The notes: generated by a model not told the origin, from the letters alone. Positions 25,408-35,602 are shown, numbered from the stretch's first letter. The stretch: 64,000 nt of DNA from Patescibacteria group bacterium (GCA_004297735.1 SCTI01000002.1:192160-256159); one strand, 5' to 3'. Program-made: numbers and translations.

Positions 25408-25773
25408 ATGATCCTGCTTGATACCAACGTATTTATCTACCTTGCCAATGGAACGCTTGACCCTAAGCTGATTGCTAAAACAGATATTGCCCACTCGAGC
25501 ATTACCGAAATTGAGGCGTTGGGATATGGCGCCATCCCAGCAAACGAGCTGCTCCTGCTCCAGTCGCTTTTTGATGAATCATACGGAATCGAGCTATCTC
25601 AGCCGGTAGTTGAGACGGCTATTCGCTTACGACAGGCTAAGCCAATGAGCCTTGGCGATGCCATAGTAGCGGCATCAGCCCAGGTGAATAATCTGCCGCT
25701 GTGGACCGCAAACACCGATGATTTTCGCCATATCGAGGGACTACAGCTCGTAAATCCGCTTAAACTTTCTTAA
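25408..25773 (+). CDS. vapC: PIN-domain toxin (VapC family)
   Basis: ILLDTNVFI, ITEIE, LGDAIVAASA, TANTDDF. Confidence 0.88.
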   Translation: MILLDTNVFIYLANGTLDPKLIAKTDIAHSSITEIEALGYGAIPANELLLLQSLFDESYGIELSQPVVETAIRLRQAKPMSLGDAIVAASAQVNNLPLWTANTDDFRHIEGLQLVNPLKLS

Positions 25774-25777
25774 GAAG

Positions 25778-26296
25778 TTAATTCTGAGTGTGCTTCTTGC
25801 GGCGTTGGGTAAAGGCCTCGTGCGGGGCCTCATACTCAAACAGCTCAGCCTCGCTAAACCAATGGGCAATCTCTTCCTTAGCCTCTTTAGGGTCGCCTGA
25901 AGCATGCAGGATGTTAACGATCCCAATCCCCTCGCCATCACCGTGACCGTAACTCATGTGAGCATAGTCGCCGCGGATAGTACCTGGTGCAGCCCCCTTT
26001 GGCTCGGTACTACCAACCATCTTGCGGACCAGTTCCACCGACTCAATACCTTCGAGCACCGCCGCGATAACCGGACCGGCCTGCATCATATCAACGGTGT
26101 TATCAAATATTTCCTGACCATGTCGGCTAACCATGGTGCCAATGGTTTCGTAGTGATGATGATAATGCTCACGATCGGGGTTGAGCATCTTCATGCCGAC
26201 AATCTTGAGGCCGGCGCGCTCAAACCGAGTTAAAACCTCGCCGACAATGCCGCGCTGAACCGCATCCGGCTTAAAAATAATTAAGGTTCGTTCCAT
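25778..26296 (-). CDS. ndk: nucleoside-diphosphate kinase
   Basis: ERTLIIFKPDAVQRG, PGTIRGDY, NILHASG. Confidence 0.93.
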   Translation of the reverse strand: MERTLIIFKPDAVQRGIVGEVLTRFERAGLKIVGMKMLNPDREHYHHHYETIGTMVSRHGQEIFDNTVDMMQAGPVIAAVLEGIESVELVRKMVGSTEPKGAAPGTIRGDYAHMSYGHGDGEGIGIVNILHASGDPKEAKEEIAHWFSEAELFEYEAPHEAFTQRRKKHTQN

Positions 26297-26325
26297 AATG
26301 TTTCTCCTGTCAGGTTATCTAATTT

Positions 26326-27609
26326 CTATGATCTGGTACCGGTAGCGGCGCGAAAGGCCTTAACCGCGGGAGCTGGATCAGGCGAGATAATGCCCAGTCG
26401 CAAACGATCTGGTGCCAGCATCTCAGCCGCCACTCGCTGAATTTCGGCGGCGGTAACCGCATCTAGCTCGGCCAGGGTCTCTTCGACACTACGAATACTC
26501 CCCAGTAATGTCAGCTGGGTTGATAGCCGATCAACCACGGCGCTGTTGTTTTCCATGGCCATTTGCAGTCCACCACGAATCTGGTTCTTGGCCTTATTCA
26601 GCTCCCCCTCTGGTACCGGCTGAGCAATAATCGTCCGCAGCTCTTCGCAAATAGCGGCGATGGCTTCGGGCACCTTGTCGTGACCAACGCCGGCGTACAC
26701 CTCAAAGGCGGCGGTGTCGGTAAAGGTCTCTAAGCCGGCGTTCACTCGGTAGGCCAAGCCCTTGCGCTCACGCACATTTAAAAACAGGCGTGAACTTAAG
26801 CCGCGACCGAGAATGGCCGCCATTAAACGGCTAGCCGCCTCCTTGGGGTGACGATACGGATAGCCGACCGTGCTTATAGCCAAATGGGTTTGAGCGGTAT
26901 CTTGGGCCAGGGTTTTGGTACGGTTACCGGTTAAAATCTGCTCAACCTTGGGCGAGACTGGAGCCGGCTGGTCGGTCATATCGCCGTACAGCTGCTCGGC
27001 CATGGCCACCAGCTTATCGTGATCAACCCGGCCGGCCGCGGCCACCACCATGTTGCCCGGTCGATAAAAAGTATCGCGGTGAGCAATGATTTCATCACGC
27101 TTAACCCGCTTGATCACCTTTTCGCTACCAATTATCTCCTCGGCTAATGGATGCCCCGGCCATAACAGATGTGGCGTTAAGCTGTGCACGTGGCTGGCTG
27201 GATCGTCGCGGTAAACATTCATCTCCTCGAGTACCACCCCTCGCTCACGATCGATTTCGCTGGCATCAAACAGCGAGTTGCGCATCATGTCGGCCAAAAT
27301 ATCCATGGCTAACTGCACCTGCTGGTACGGCACCTTAATGTAAAAGTTGGTTAGCTCATTGCTAGTGTAGGCGTTGGCGTAACCACCCACCGCATCAACT
27401 TGCTCGCTAATAATCTTGGTACTGGGTCGCTTTTTGGTGCCCTTAAAAAAGAGATGCTCTAAAAAGTGCGACACCCCACCGTTGGTCTTGAACTGCTCGT
27501 AGCGACTACCGACCCCGGTCGTCACCGACACGGTTGCACTATAAGCCTGAGGCATGGTTACACTAACCACTCTCAAGCCGTTTTTTAATGTCGTAATTTG
27601 ATGGTTCAT
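26326..27609 (-). CDS. M16 family (pitrilysin-like) peptidase
   Basis: GVSHFLEHL.FKGT (HXXEH), NAYTS, SSRLF..VRE..GLAY. Confidence 0.92.
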   Translation of the reverse strand: MNHQITTLKNGLRVVSVTMPQAYSATVSVTTGVGSRYEQFKTNGGVSHFLEHLFFKGTKKRPSTKIISEQVDAVGGYANAYTSNELTNFYIKVPYQQVQLAMDILADMMRNSLFDASEIDRERGVVLEEMNVYRDDPASHVHSLTPHLLWPGHPLAEEIIGSEKVIKRVKRDEIIAHRDTFYRPGNMVVAAAGRVDHDKLVAMAEQLYGDMTDQPAPVSPKVEQILTGNRTKTLAQDTAQTHLAISTVGYPYRHPKEAASRLMAAILGRGLSSRLFLNVRERKGLAYRVNAGLETFTDTAAFEVYAGVGHDKVPEAIAAICEELRTIIAQPVPEGELNKAKNQIRGGLQMAMENNSAVVDRLSTQLTLLGSIRSVEETLAELDAVTAAEIQRVAAEMLAPDRLRLGIISPDPAPAVKAFRAATGTRS

Positions 27610-27618
27610 GGGGTGAGT

Positions 27619-28413
27619 TTACTGAATTCCGAGCATTAATAGCAATACGCCCACCGCGATGCGGTAGTAAGCAAACAGCGCTAGACCATGCTTGGCCAGA
27701 TAGCGCAGCATAAACCGAATGGCAAAGTAGCCACTAATAAAAGCTCCTAAAATGCCGGCAGCATAAATCACCGGCTCAGATAAAAGCTGATGCATATTCT
27801 CTGGCTTGAGCATAACCTTGGCGGTGGCGCCAAAGATAACCGGAGCCGATAGTAAAAACGAAAAACGGGTGGCGGCGGGGCCGGTCAATCCGGCAAACAA
27901 CCCGGCGCTGATGGTGATGCCGGAGCGAGAAACGCCTGGAATTAAAGCGATCGCCTGTGCGCACCCAATTGAGATAGCCCGCCCAAAACTCATGTCGGTT
28001 AGCTCTAGCTTACGCTTAGCAAAGCGGTCGGCGGCCAACATCACAAAGGCCACCAAAATTAAGTTAGCGGCCACAATCTGGGTTGAGCGCAGGGTGGTTT
28101 CGACGATTGGCTGCAGCAGCACACCGGCCAACACCGCCGGTACAGTTGCTGCCGCCATCATCCACGACAAACGGGTATGGTCGGTTTTTTTAACCAGCCC
28201 AATCAGCAGCTCCTTAATGTCATGGCGGAAAAAGATCAGCAGGGCAGCTAGCGTACCAATGTCTAAGGCGATATCAAAACCTAAACTACTGTACGGAAAG
28301 TTGAGTAAGTGACCAACAATTATCAAATGTCCGGAGCTGGACACCGGTATAAACTCGGTCAGGCCCTGTACACAGCCTAAAATGAATGCCTGAATCACGT
28401 TCCATAGTTGCAT
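27619..28413 (-). CDS. uppP: undecaprenyl-diphosphate phosphatase
   Basis: QGLTEFIPVSSSGHL, PGVSRSG.T, FSFLLS.P. Confidence 0.93.
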   Translation of the reverse strand: MQLWNVIQAFILGCVQGLTEFIPVSSSGHLIIVGHLLNFPYSSLGFDIALDIGTLAALLIFFRHDIKELLIGLVKKTDHTRLSWMMAAATVPAVLAGVLLQPIVETTLRSTQIVAANLILVAFVMLAADRFAKRKLELTDMSFGRAISIGCAQAIALIPGVSRSGITISAGLFAGLTGPAATRFSFLLSAPVIFGATAKVMLKPENMHQLLSEPVIYAAGILGAFISGYFAIRFMLRYLAKHGLALFAYYRIAVGVLLLMLGIQ

Positions 28414-28428
28414 AGCGACTATTATACC

Positions 28429-30318
28429 TTATGACGACGGTAGTTGTGACTGAGTTTGTTGTTGGATCTGATCCTTGAACATACGCAACTGCTCAACCGC
28501 CGGTTTCAGGCGAGTATCGGCGCTGCGATTGGCAATTACCTGATCGGTAAAGATGGTAAGGGCGGTATCGACGGTTTGTCGCGCGCCGTCCAGGTCGCCC
28601 TGCGATAGCTGCAACGCCACCAGATCAGCATAGTACTCGGCGTGGTTGTAGCGGTCGAGCTGCAAAGTGCGCTCAAAGGCCTGCTTAGCGGCCTGCGGGT
28701 TGCCGGCCAGTCGCTCAACTCGACCTAGCAAAAAGTAGTGTTGGGCATCAAGTGGATCACGCTGTATTGCTTGATTAGCCAGATCGCGCGCCTTGGCTAG
28801 ATTGGCCTGACGGTCGTTGTTGATTGAGGCCAACACAAAATAGTCGATTCCTTCGGCGTTCCACGAATCGGGGTCGTGAATAACAATTTGATGCGACTGC
28901 TGGTTGGCTTGAGCGGCCAAATCGAAGTCGCCATTATCGTTGTGAATCTCGGCATTTTGGCGGGCATGAACGCTTAAATAGTTAGCGCTGACAAGACCAA
29001 GCGTTAGGGCTAACAGCAGCATTATGGTTGGCCGAGCATGCCGCGGCGCGTCACTGCGAATCAAAGGTTGATAAACCAGGGCCAACAGAACTGCAACCAG
29101 TACCAACAGCGCCGGATAGCGCCCGTTAATATCGAGGCCAAAGTGAATCAACAGGGCGCCAGCGGCCAAAGCCAGAGGCGCGCACTGTGGGTGGCGACTA
29201 ACGCCGTTGATCACCCCGGCAATTATAAGCAAGAGCACCCAAGCCAGCAAACAGGCCCCCACAATCCCCTGCTCGGCCAAAGCTTGAACATAAATATTAT
29301 GCGGATCGGTACTGGCATTAGTAGCGCTGGTTTGATACTGCGGGTGAACCGTAGCAAAGGTACCGGCGCCGGTACCGGCGAGCGGATGATCCCACCAAAT
29401 TGCCAGACTATCCGACAGGTAGCTCAGTCGGTCTTTGCCACTGGTAGATTCACCCTGCGCCGCCTCGACATAACGTGAGCCCGGCTGAACCGCCTGATGG
29501 TTGCTTTTTAGTAGCGTTACGCCCCAGGCAGCCGCAAAACTCAGCACCGCCACCAGCAGTATGCCCTTCCACCGCTGACGCACCCTTTGACTGGCTGCAA
29601 AGCTCAGGCCTGCCACGAGCGCCAAGGTTAAGGTAGCGCCCCGTGAGTCGGTTAACCAAAAGCCGGTAGCGGTAATTAGCGCGACCACCATCATCCACCA
29701 CCAGCGGTAGCGCACGCCCCACCAGGTTGCTAGCAGCACCGCCGGCAGCAAATAGGCGGCCGCTGGGTTGGCCCAGTAAAAGGTGCTGGTAAAGCGGTCG
29801 TAGTCGCCGGTTAAGTACATATACAGGCCCGCCAAAACCATGATGGTCGCCATAATTAGGTAACCCCCAATTAGCCACTGGCGATTTAATCGGGGCTGAA
29901 CCACCGTAATTATGGCTGCCAGCGCCGCTAGCAGCATCATCATCAACCACAACTGGCTCTGGTACCGGTTTACCGACCACAGCTGCGACAGCGCTCCCCA
30001 ACTCAACCACACCCCGATTGAAATCGCTAAAACCGGACTCGATACCCCGTTTAAGCTGTAGCGGCGTAGGGCTAGCATCCCAGCCACCGCCAATCCGGCG
30101 GCGCTAATTAGCATTGCCAGGGCGTCACGACCCCCGGCCATCCAGGGGACAAAAGCCAGCAACAGGCCAAACACGATCAGCAAATCAGGAGCGCTGAGCT
30201 TTTGAGGCGTTAGCGCCTGAGGTGTAATTCGCTTAAAATCCGTCTGCCAAAATCTATTGGCGCTTTGACCGCTCAACCTACTCTCCTCCACATTGACTCT
30301 TCTTACCGATCCTACCAA
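28429..30318 (-). CDS. O-antigen ligase / oligosaccharyltransferase-like membrane protein with a C-terminal TPR
   Basis: Many TM, T.SRG, HP..GTGAGTF, PHNIYVQ.LAEQG..G; start uncertain. Confidence 0.82.
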   Translation of the reverse strand: MVGSVRRVNVEESRLSGQSANRFWQTDFKRITPQALTPQKLSAPDLLIVFGLLLAFVPWMAGGRDALAMLISAAGLAVAGMLALRRYSLNGVSSPVLAISIGVWLSWGALSQLWSVNRYQSQLWLMMMLLAALAAIITVVQPRLNRQWLIGGYLIMATIMVLAGLYMYLTGDYDRFTSTFYWANPAAAYLLPAVLLATWWGVRYRWWWMMVVALITATGFWLTDSRGATLTLALVAGLSFAASQRVRQRWKGILLVAVLSFAAAWGVTLLKSNHQAVQPGSRYVEAAQGESTSGKDRLSYLSDSLAIWWDHPLAGTGAGTFATVHPQYQTSATNASTDPHNIYVQALAEQGIVGACLLAWVLLLIIAGVINGVSRHPQCAPLALAAGALLIHFGLDINGRYPALLVLVAVLLALVYQPLIRSDAPRHARPTIMLLLALTLGLVSANYLSVHARQNAEIHNDNGDFDLAAQANQQSHQIVIHDPDSWNAEGIDYFVLASINNDRQANLAKARDLANQAIQRDPLDAQHYFLLGRVERLAGNPQAAKQAFERTLQLDRYNHAEYYADLVALQLSQGDLDGARQTVDTALTIFTDQVIANRSADTRLKPAVEQLRMFKDQIQQQTQSQLPSS

Positions 30319-30368
30319 AGCGTAACCATAAACACCAGTAATCCAGTTCTGGCTGGTACAATAAAGAC

Positions 30369-31280
30369 ATGGGCTTACGCGACCTCATTACCGACTTTTT
30401 AGAGCATATGGAGATTGAGCAAAACCGCTCTCAAAAAACGGTGGCCAACTACGACCGCTACCTACAGCGATTGGTTGAGTTTGCCGGTGATATTTCAATC
30501 GATAAACTTGATGCCGAGCTGGTGCGCAAGTGGCGGCTGTGGCTCAATCGCCTAACCGATAATGGTGGCGAGTCAATTAGTAAAACCACCCAGAATTATC
30601 ACTTGATAGCCTTACGTAGTTTTTTAAAGTACCTGGCTAAGCGCGACATTCCGGCCTTAACCAGCGACAAGATTGAGCTGGCCACCGTTCAACGGCCGCA
30701 GGTAACCTTTTTAGATACCGACGAGCTCGAGCGCCTAGTGGGCGCCATCGATGTTTCGACCCCGGTCGGCCTGCGTGACCGCGCCATTATTGAGCTGCTG
30801 TTTAGTGGCGGATTACGCGTAAGTGAACTGGTGTCGCTCAACCGCGACCACATTAATTTAAAGCGACTGGAGTTTAGCATTCGCGGTAAGGGCCAAAAGG
30901 ATCGGTTGATCTTTATCTCCCCCACCGCCGCCGAGTGGCTCGATCAGTACCTCCACAGTCGTAAAGACAACTTTAAGCCCCTGTTTATTCATTACTCCGG
31001 CAGCAAAGACGGGCTGGACGACGGCGCCTATACCCGGCTGACCGCTCGCAGCGTGCAGCGGCTGGTTGGCCGATACGCGCGGCTGGCCGGCATCACCAAA
31101 CACGTTACGCCTCACACCCTGCGGCACTCCTTTGCCACCGATCTGTTGAGCAACGGAGCCGATCTGCGTAGTGTTCAAGGGTTACTGGGCCACGCCAACG
31201 TCTCAACCACCCAAATCTACACTCACCTCACCGACCCCCAGCTCAAAAAGGTTCACGAAAAGTTCCACCGAAAGCGCTAG
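30369..31280 (+). CDS. tyrosine recombinase, XerC/XerD family
   Basis: RDRAIIELLFSGGLRVSE, GKGQKDR, TPHTLRHSFAT, LGHA..STTQIY. Confidence 0.92.
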   Translation: MGLRDLITDFLEHMEIEQNRSQKTVANYDRYLQRLVEFAGDISIDKLDAELVRKWRLWLNRLTDNGGESISKTTQNYHLIALRSFLKYLAKRDIPALTSDKIELATVQRPQVTFLDTDELERLVGAIDVSTPVGLRDRAIIELLFSGGLRVSELVSLNRDHINLKRLEFSIRGKGQKDRLIFISPTAAEWLDQYLHSRKDNFKPLFIHYSGSKDGLDDGAYTRLTARSVQRLVGRYARLAGITKHVTPHTLRHSFATDLLSNGADLRSVQGLLGHANVSTTQIYTHLTDPQLKKVHEKFHRKR

Positions 31281-31330
31281 TTTGATGGGCGGGATTAGCT
31301 TGCCGGGATTAGTTTAGCTTGCGGACGAGG

Positions 31331-32440
31331 CTAGTTGATCGGGCAAATATTTTCAAAGGCCTGCTCAAAGGTCCCTGGAATAGACAATACCTCTTGATCT
31401 TTGCAGATCGGGCCATCAGAGTACAGTACATTGGCAGAATCTAAGGGGCTAGATTTAACCGGCACTCTGACCTCCACCCGGCGGAGTGACGATCCAACTC
31501 TAGCAGTAATATCGGCTACTGCATCTGGCATTGGAATGGCATTTAGTTCAGTGGAGCCATTAAACACTCTTACGAATACTCTTGCGTCTTTTTCGCGAGC
31601 AGTCAGCCTCAAAACAGAGTTGTATGGTTGAGCTAAGCCTATATCCGATGCGCTAATGTGAGCAATTTTGGTCGCATTAGGCAGATTGAAAGAAGCCTTG
31701 TTTTCGCCCCCTAAGCGCTGGACACCAAAGGTTAATGCGTCGGTGTCGGGCTCCGGCAGACTTGAATCAAGCGGGTACAACGTATAGAACATGGCTCGAG
31801 CCACACACGGATCTTCCGCCCTAGCCGCACAATTAATGCTGGGGTCTAATATCGCCCCGCCTATACCGGTCGTAGTTGGGTTATCTGCATTAATATTGAA
31901 ATTAGTTAATGTCGCTTCCAGCTTTGGATCTTCGGAACGAGGCGTGTTGGTGGGATCGTTGCTAGTGGTTTTCAAACCCCAGTAAACATCAATGTGGCTA
32001 TAGTTTAAACCAGTAAGATCTAGCTCGAGCGTCTGGTTCTTCTTAAGATCAGTCGGGCTGTTAAAATTAACAGATCGGACACTTAGGCAGGTTACATCGC
32101 TTAGACCAAAAGCCGAAGCACTTAGGAAAGGGTCGCTTCCAGTTAAGTCCGAACTCTCTCCGCTGCCTGGCTGACAACCCTGGTTTAAGCCGGTAAGCTT
32201 AATATTTGGGTTAGGATCGCGCATATAATTTTTAATGTAGAGGGTAGCTAGGTCTGCACCACTTTCGGCAGCGTAATAGCTCTTTATACCACTCTCCAGG
32301 TCACTTGAATGTCTAAGCTCGCCCGTCATTAAACGAGCCAGTGAAACTATTAAAAGAGCCATGATCGTGCCGGTAATCGCAACCGCCACTAGAGAAGCTC
32401 CTCCTCGCTGACTTTTTAGAGCATCATTAAGTAAAATCAC
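31331..32440 (-). CDS. PilX-like minor pilin
   Basis: QRGGASL hydrophobic N-terminus without E5; SYYAAESG. Confidence 0.75.
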   Translation of the reverse strand: MILLNDALKSQRGGASLVAVAITGTIMALLIVSLARLMTGELRHSSDLESGIKSYYAAESGADLATLYIKNYMRDPNPNIKLTGLNQGCQPGSGESSDLTGSDPFLSASAFGLSDVTCLSVRSVNFNSPTDLKKNQTLELDLTGLNYSHIDVYWGLKTTSNDPTNTPRSEDPKLEATLTNFNINADNPTTTGIGGAILDPSINCAARAEDPCVARAMFYTLYPLDSSLPEPDTDALTFGVQRLGGENKASFNLPNATKIAHISASDIGLAQPYNSVLRLTAREKDARVFVRVFNGSTELNAIPMPDAVADITARVGSSLRRVEVRVPVKSSPLDSANVLYSDGPICKDQEVLSIPGTFEQAFENICPIN

Positions 32441-33114
32441 CGATTTACCCCCCTCAACGCTATACTCGTAGACACATTAGTAATCGAGCACCATTGTGCC
32501 GCAAACACTCCTCTACAGATAACATTATTTGGGTCAACCGTGGAGGGGTCTAGGTCGGCGGGCTGCAGGGCGTTTGTTGAAGCAACTGTCATCCTAAAGG
32601 TAACCAAATCCGAACCGGTTGCTACCACTTGAAAACGAAGAAACGATACGTTATCAGCGTTGGCAATTCGCTCACCCGAGCTAGAAGCTGGACGTTGACA
32701 TGAATCATTTTTACCCAAGCTCTGCTTCCATATCTCCTGTTGATTCTGACCTGTACTCAAGGTGTAAAACATCACCCCTTGCTCCCTATCGTCAGAAGTG
32801 TAAAAACAAACAACATCATGCTGTGTACTAACCGTGCCGCTAGATGCCGTTGTCTGCCCATAGCCAGCGGGTCCATTAACAACCGTTAATGCAGCTGCAC
32901 CCCTGCTCTCCCGAGCCAACTCCTCAACCACCAAGCGGGCAGTCTGCTGAGTATTACGAATACCGACTGTAGCCTGGTAAATTTTATATAGCTGCAAGAT
33001 TGTGCCAGAAATAATTACCAATACAAAGCTAAAAAGCGCCATCGCTATAATTAGCTCGATAAAAGTAAATCCACCTTGTTTTTTTAGCTGGGCTTTAATA
33101 ACTCTCATGATCAA
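32437..33114 (-). CDS. PilW-like minor pilin
   Basis: GFTFIELIIAM prepilin motif; overlapping genes. Confidence 0.85.
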   Translation of the reverse strand: MIMRVIKAQLKKQGGFTFIELIIAMALFSFVLVIISGTILQLYKIYQATVGIRNTQQTARLVVEELARESRGAAALTVVNGPAGYGQTTASSGTVSTQHDVVCFYTSDDREQGVMFYTLSTGQNQQEIWKQSLGKNDSCQRPASSSGERIANADNVSFLRFQVVATGSDLVTFRMTVASTNALQPADLDPSTVDPNNVICRGVFAAQWCSITNVSTSIALRGVNR

Positions 33115-34259
33115 TTATCACTCGTAAATACATAGCCAAGTCGATACGGGAATAGGGCGGGACTAATGCCCCCATTCACGTAGCCGCGGAAGCTTGCCCG
33201 CGCGCCATCAAGTTCGGCGGTAAAGCGAGAGTAGAAATGGTCAGGATAGGCTGAAGAGTACATGCGGTAAAACGGTACACTACCGGCAACATTGGTCGTC
33301 GGTATGTATCCTAGAACACCCTCTCGGGTGTACCCATAACTATCTCTTAAAGTATTGGCTTCACTATCGCCAACAACATATGCGTGATCGTTGCGCGCAC
33401 CTGAATACATCTGAATCAAAGGTGATGTACCGGGTTCGGGGTACAAGTAGACATACCCAGCGATTCCTTCGGCATTATACCCAGTCTGTAAGACATACCC
33501 TGCCGAAGATATTGCAACATCCCGATTTGAGGTACTGGTGGTATAGTAGTGGTCTGAAGTAACATTGTTCCACAGCTGGTATAACGGTATCCGCTCAGCC
33601 ACATAAGGCTCAGGCTCGGGAAGCTCAGCCGCAACATAAGCACAGCGCTTATTCTCCGGGTCGTAAGCCCCTCTCTTAGCAGTACAGTCGGCCAGAGTGT
33701 TACCGCGACGATCGGCCAACTCAACCGGAAAGCTTATGGTATCGTTGATCGAAGCCCCCGCCCCATCAGAAACAATGCTTTGCCAGTTAGCACGCACCGA
33801 CGCACGTAAACGCACATCTGGATTGTTTAAACTAGCCACCACATATGGGCTGCGGGCGACGGTTGAACTAATTGAAACATTATAATTCCCACAATCTGCG
33901 GGAGGGCAGGTGCCGCTACGCAAGTTAAGATTCTGATCAACATAGTAGGCTGCACCCGTCCTTACATTAACCAAACCACTAAATACAGAGGCTGGATCAT
34001 TAAATAGGCTTTGATTTGTGGCGTAAGGATCAGTATCCCTTAGTCTAGACATCTCTCTATCACGCAAAGCGGTTAGCCGCTCAGCCTGAAGTTGAGCAGC
34101 TTGAACCGCTTCGGTACGCTCCCTCGCCTCCACCCCAATCCTGAAAGTTAAGTTAGCCACATTAAGCGCACTAAATATTAATGTCCCCAAAATTGTAATA
34201 GATAGAACAACCTCAATTAAGGTGTCTCCGCGTTGGTGAGAGAGTTTTGGCCAGCGCAT
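33111..34259 (-). CDS. PilV-like minor pilin with a C-terminal DUF5648-like repeat domain
   Basis: RGDTLIEV; repeats PLYQLWN..DHYYT / PLIQMY..DHAY / PFYRMY..DHFY. Confidence 0.8.
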   Translation of the reverse strand: MRWPKLSHQRGDTLIEVVLSITILGTLIFSALNVANLTFRIGVEARERTEAVQAAQLQAERLTALRDREMSRLRDTDPYATNQSLFNDPASVFSGLVNVRTGAAYYVDQNLNLRSGTCPPADCGNYNVSISSTVARSPYVVASLNNPDVRLRASVRANWQSIVSDGAGASINDTISFPVELADRRGNTLADCTAKRGAYDPENKRCAYVAAELPEPEPYVAERIPLYQLWNNVTSDHYYTTSTSNRDVAISSAGYVLQTGYNAEGIAGYVYLYPEPGTSPLIQMYSGARNDHAYVVGDSEANTLRDSYGYTREGVLGYIPTTNVAGSVPFYRMYSSAYPDHFYSRFTAELDGARASFRGYVNGGISPALFPYRLGYVFTSDN

Positions 34260-35581
34260 CAGAACGTAATACTCCTAGTAAGCTGGTTATTTTGTGGATT
34301 AACCTGTATCCTTCCAGTTCTTCCCCCGGTATCACCAGTGAACTGCAGGTCGATCTGAATTTGCGCGTTAAAATTTGGATTCTCGACAGTGTAGTTAGCT
34401 GGATTAAGAATATCGTTGGTGAAAGTAGCTGCATATACCTGACCTACCCCCAGCCATGCCAACACCCGGCCAACCCAGGATGGACCAGGCCTAACAACCT
34501 GACTGCTGGCAGGAAGTGTTTTGGGTTTAGGTGTGTTGTAGGTAGTACCGGTAGGGTGACTCAATAAGTACCCAACGGTTTGAATGTCGGAATACTGGCG
34601 AAAAGATGCAAGGGCGCTCAAAATAGCGTTGTAATCTTGTGAGTAAAAATAGTCCGGATAGGTAGAAGAATAAACCTGGTATAGAGGGATTGTGCCCGAA
34701 TAAACCTCCGGCATGATGTAGCCAATGATCCCCTGCGACTGCCATCCTTCAAACGCCAAATCAAAGACCTCAACAATATCCTTAGTGAGGTAGGTTGCCG
34801 TTTTTTGCGGATTATACAACCTGTACAGCGGCACCGAACCTTCGACCGATGTTGTGTATAGATATCCAATTGGATTGCCGCCGTTTTGCAACACATATCC
34901 GGCGGCAATCTTACTATCACGATCGGCCGTATCAACGGTGTAGTAGTGGTGAGAAACGACATTATCCCACAACTGCCATAGGGGCACACGTGTTCCGGCA
35001 GGCGGCGTCGGAGTTGTTGTTGGCGGAGGAGCGCCCTCGGCGGGAGGCCCGGGTGGAGTAGGAGGAGGCGGGGGGCCACTTTGGCCGGTTTCGAGGGCGG
35101 AATTGGTGTAGGCTGTTTGAGGGCAGGTTGATGAGGTGTCAGGATAATTGCCCTGTACAGTAAATATTCTATCTGGCTGGCGTGTAAAAATAATGGCCTG
35201 GCGCTGGGTACCGGAATACTGCATCCCCTGGCTAATGCTCAATGGCGCCTCTTCGCATCTAGACAGCTGCGCTGTTGGGTCGTTATCGGCAGCAATGAGA
35301 GCCGACACTCTAATTTGATTTGGTGTGGCGGGATCAAACTCAAGAATCTTGCCAAATACGGTACTAGTAGATTGGCCGGTTCCTGTCGAGGTTACGCTGC
35401 TAATTGCCTCTGCGCGAACACCTTCTATTTTATTTTTTAGCTGATCCACCTCCGCCATAGAAGCATTTCCATCACGAACACTGCCAATACCGGCAATTAC
35501 AGCCGCAATGAGTAAAGCCGAAATCGCCATAACAATGGTGACTTCAATTAAGGTAAACCCTCTCCTGCCCTGTCCCGTCAT
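34259..35581 (-). CDS. FimT/GspH-like minor pilin with an inserted DUF5648-like domain
   Basis: GFTLIEV; Pro linker; PLWQLW..HHYYT, PLYRLYNP, PLYQVY..DYFY. Confidence 0.8.
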   Translation of the reverse strand: MTGQGRRGFTLIEVTIVMAISALLIAAVIAGIGSVRDGNASMAEVDQLKNKIEGVRAEAISSVTSTGTGQSTSTVFGKILEFDPATPNQIRVSALIAADNDPTAQLSRCEEAPLSISQGMQYSGTQRQAIIFTRQPDRIFTVQGNYPDTSSTCPQTAYTNSALETGQSGPPPPPTPPGPPAEGAPPPTTTPTPPAGTRVPLWQLWDNVVSHHYYTVDTADRDSKIAAGYVLQNGGNPIGYLYTTSVEGSVPLYRLYNPQKTATYLTKDIVEVFDLAFEGWQSQGIIGYIMPEVYSGTIPLYQVYSSTYPDYFYSQDYNAILSALASFRQYSDIQTVGYLLSHPTGTTYNTPKPKTLPASSQVVRPGPSWVGRVLAWLGVGQVYAATFTNDILNPANYTVENPNFNAQIQIDLQFTGDTGGRTGRIQVNPQNNQLTRSITF

Positions 35582-35602
35582 AGCTTGATTGTAGCATAAC
35601 CG

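Noticed and set aside
31276-31344. Short direct repeats between the xer and pilX stops (GCTAGTTTGATGGGC / GCTAGTTGATCGGGC; CGGGATTAG twice)
   Set aside because: Too short and imperfect to call a target-site duplication or recombination site.
30369-35581. Shufflon or integron (tyrosine recombinase beside pilin tip genes)
   Set aside because: The recombinase looks like a housekeeping Xer with no evident IntI insertion. All pilin genes are co-oriented, and I saw no inverted silent cassettes or repeated crossover sites.
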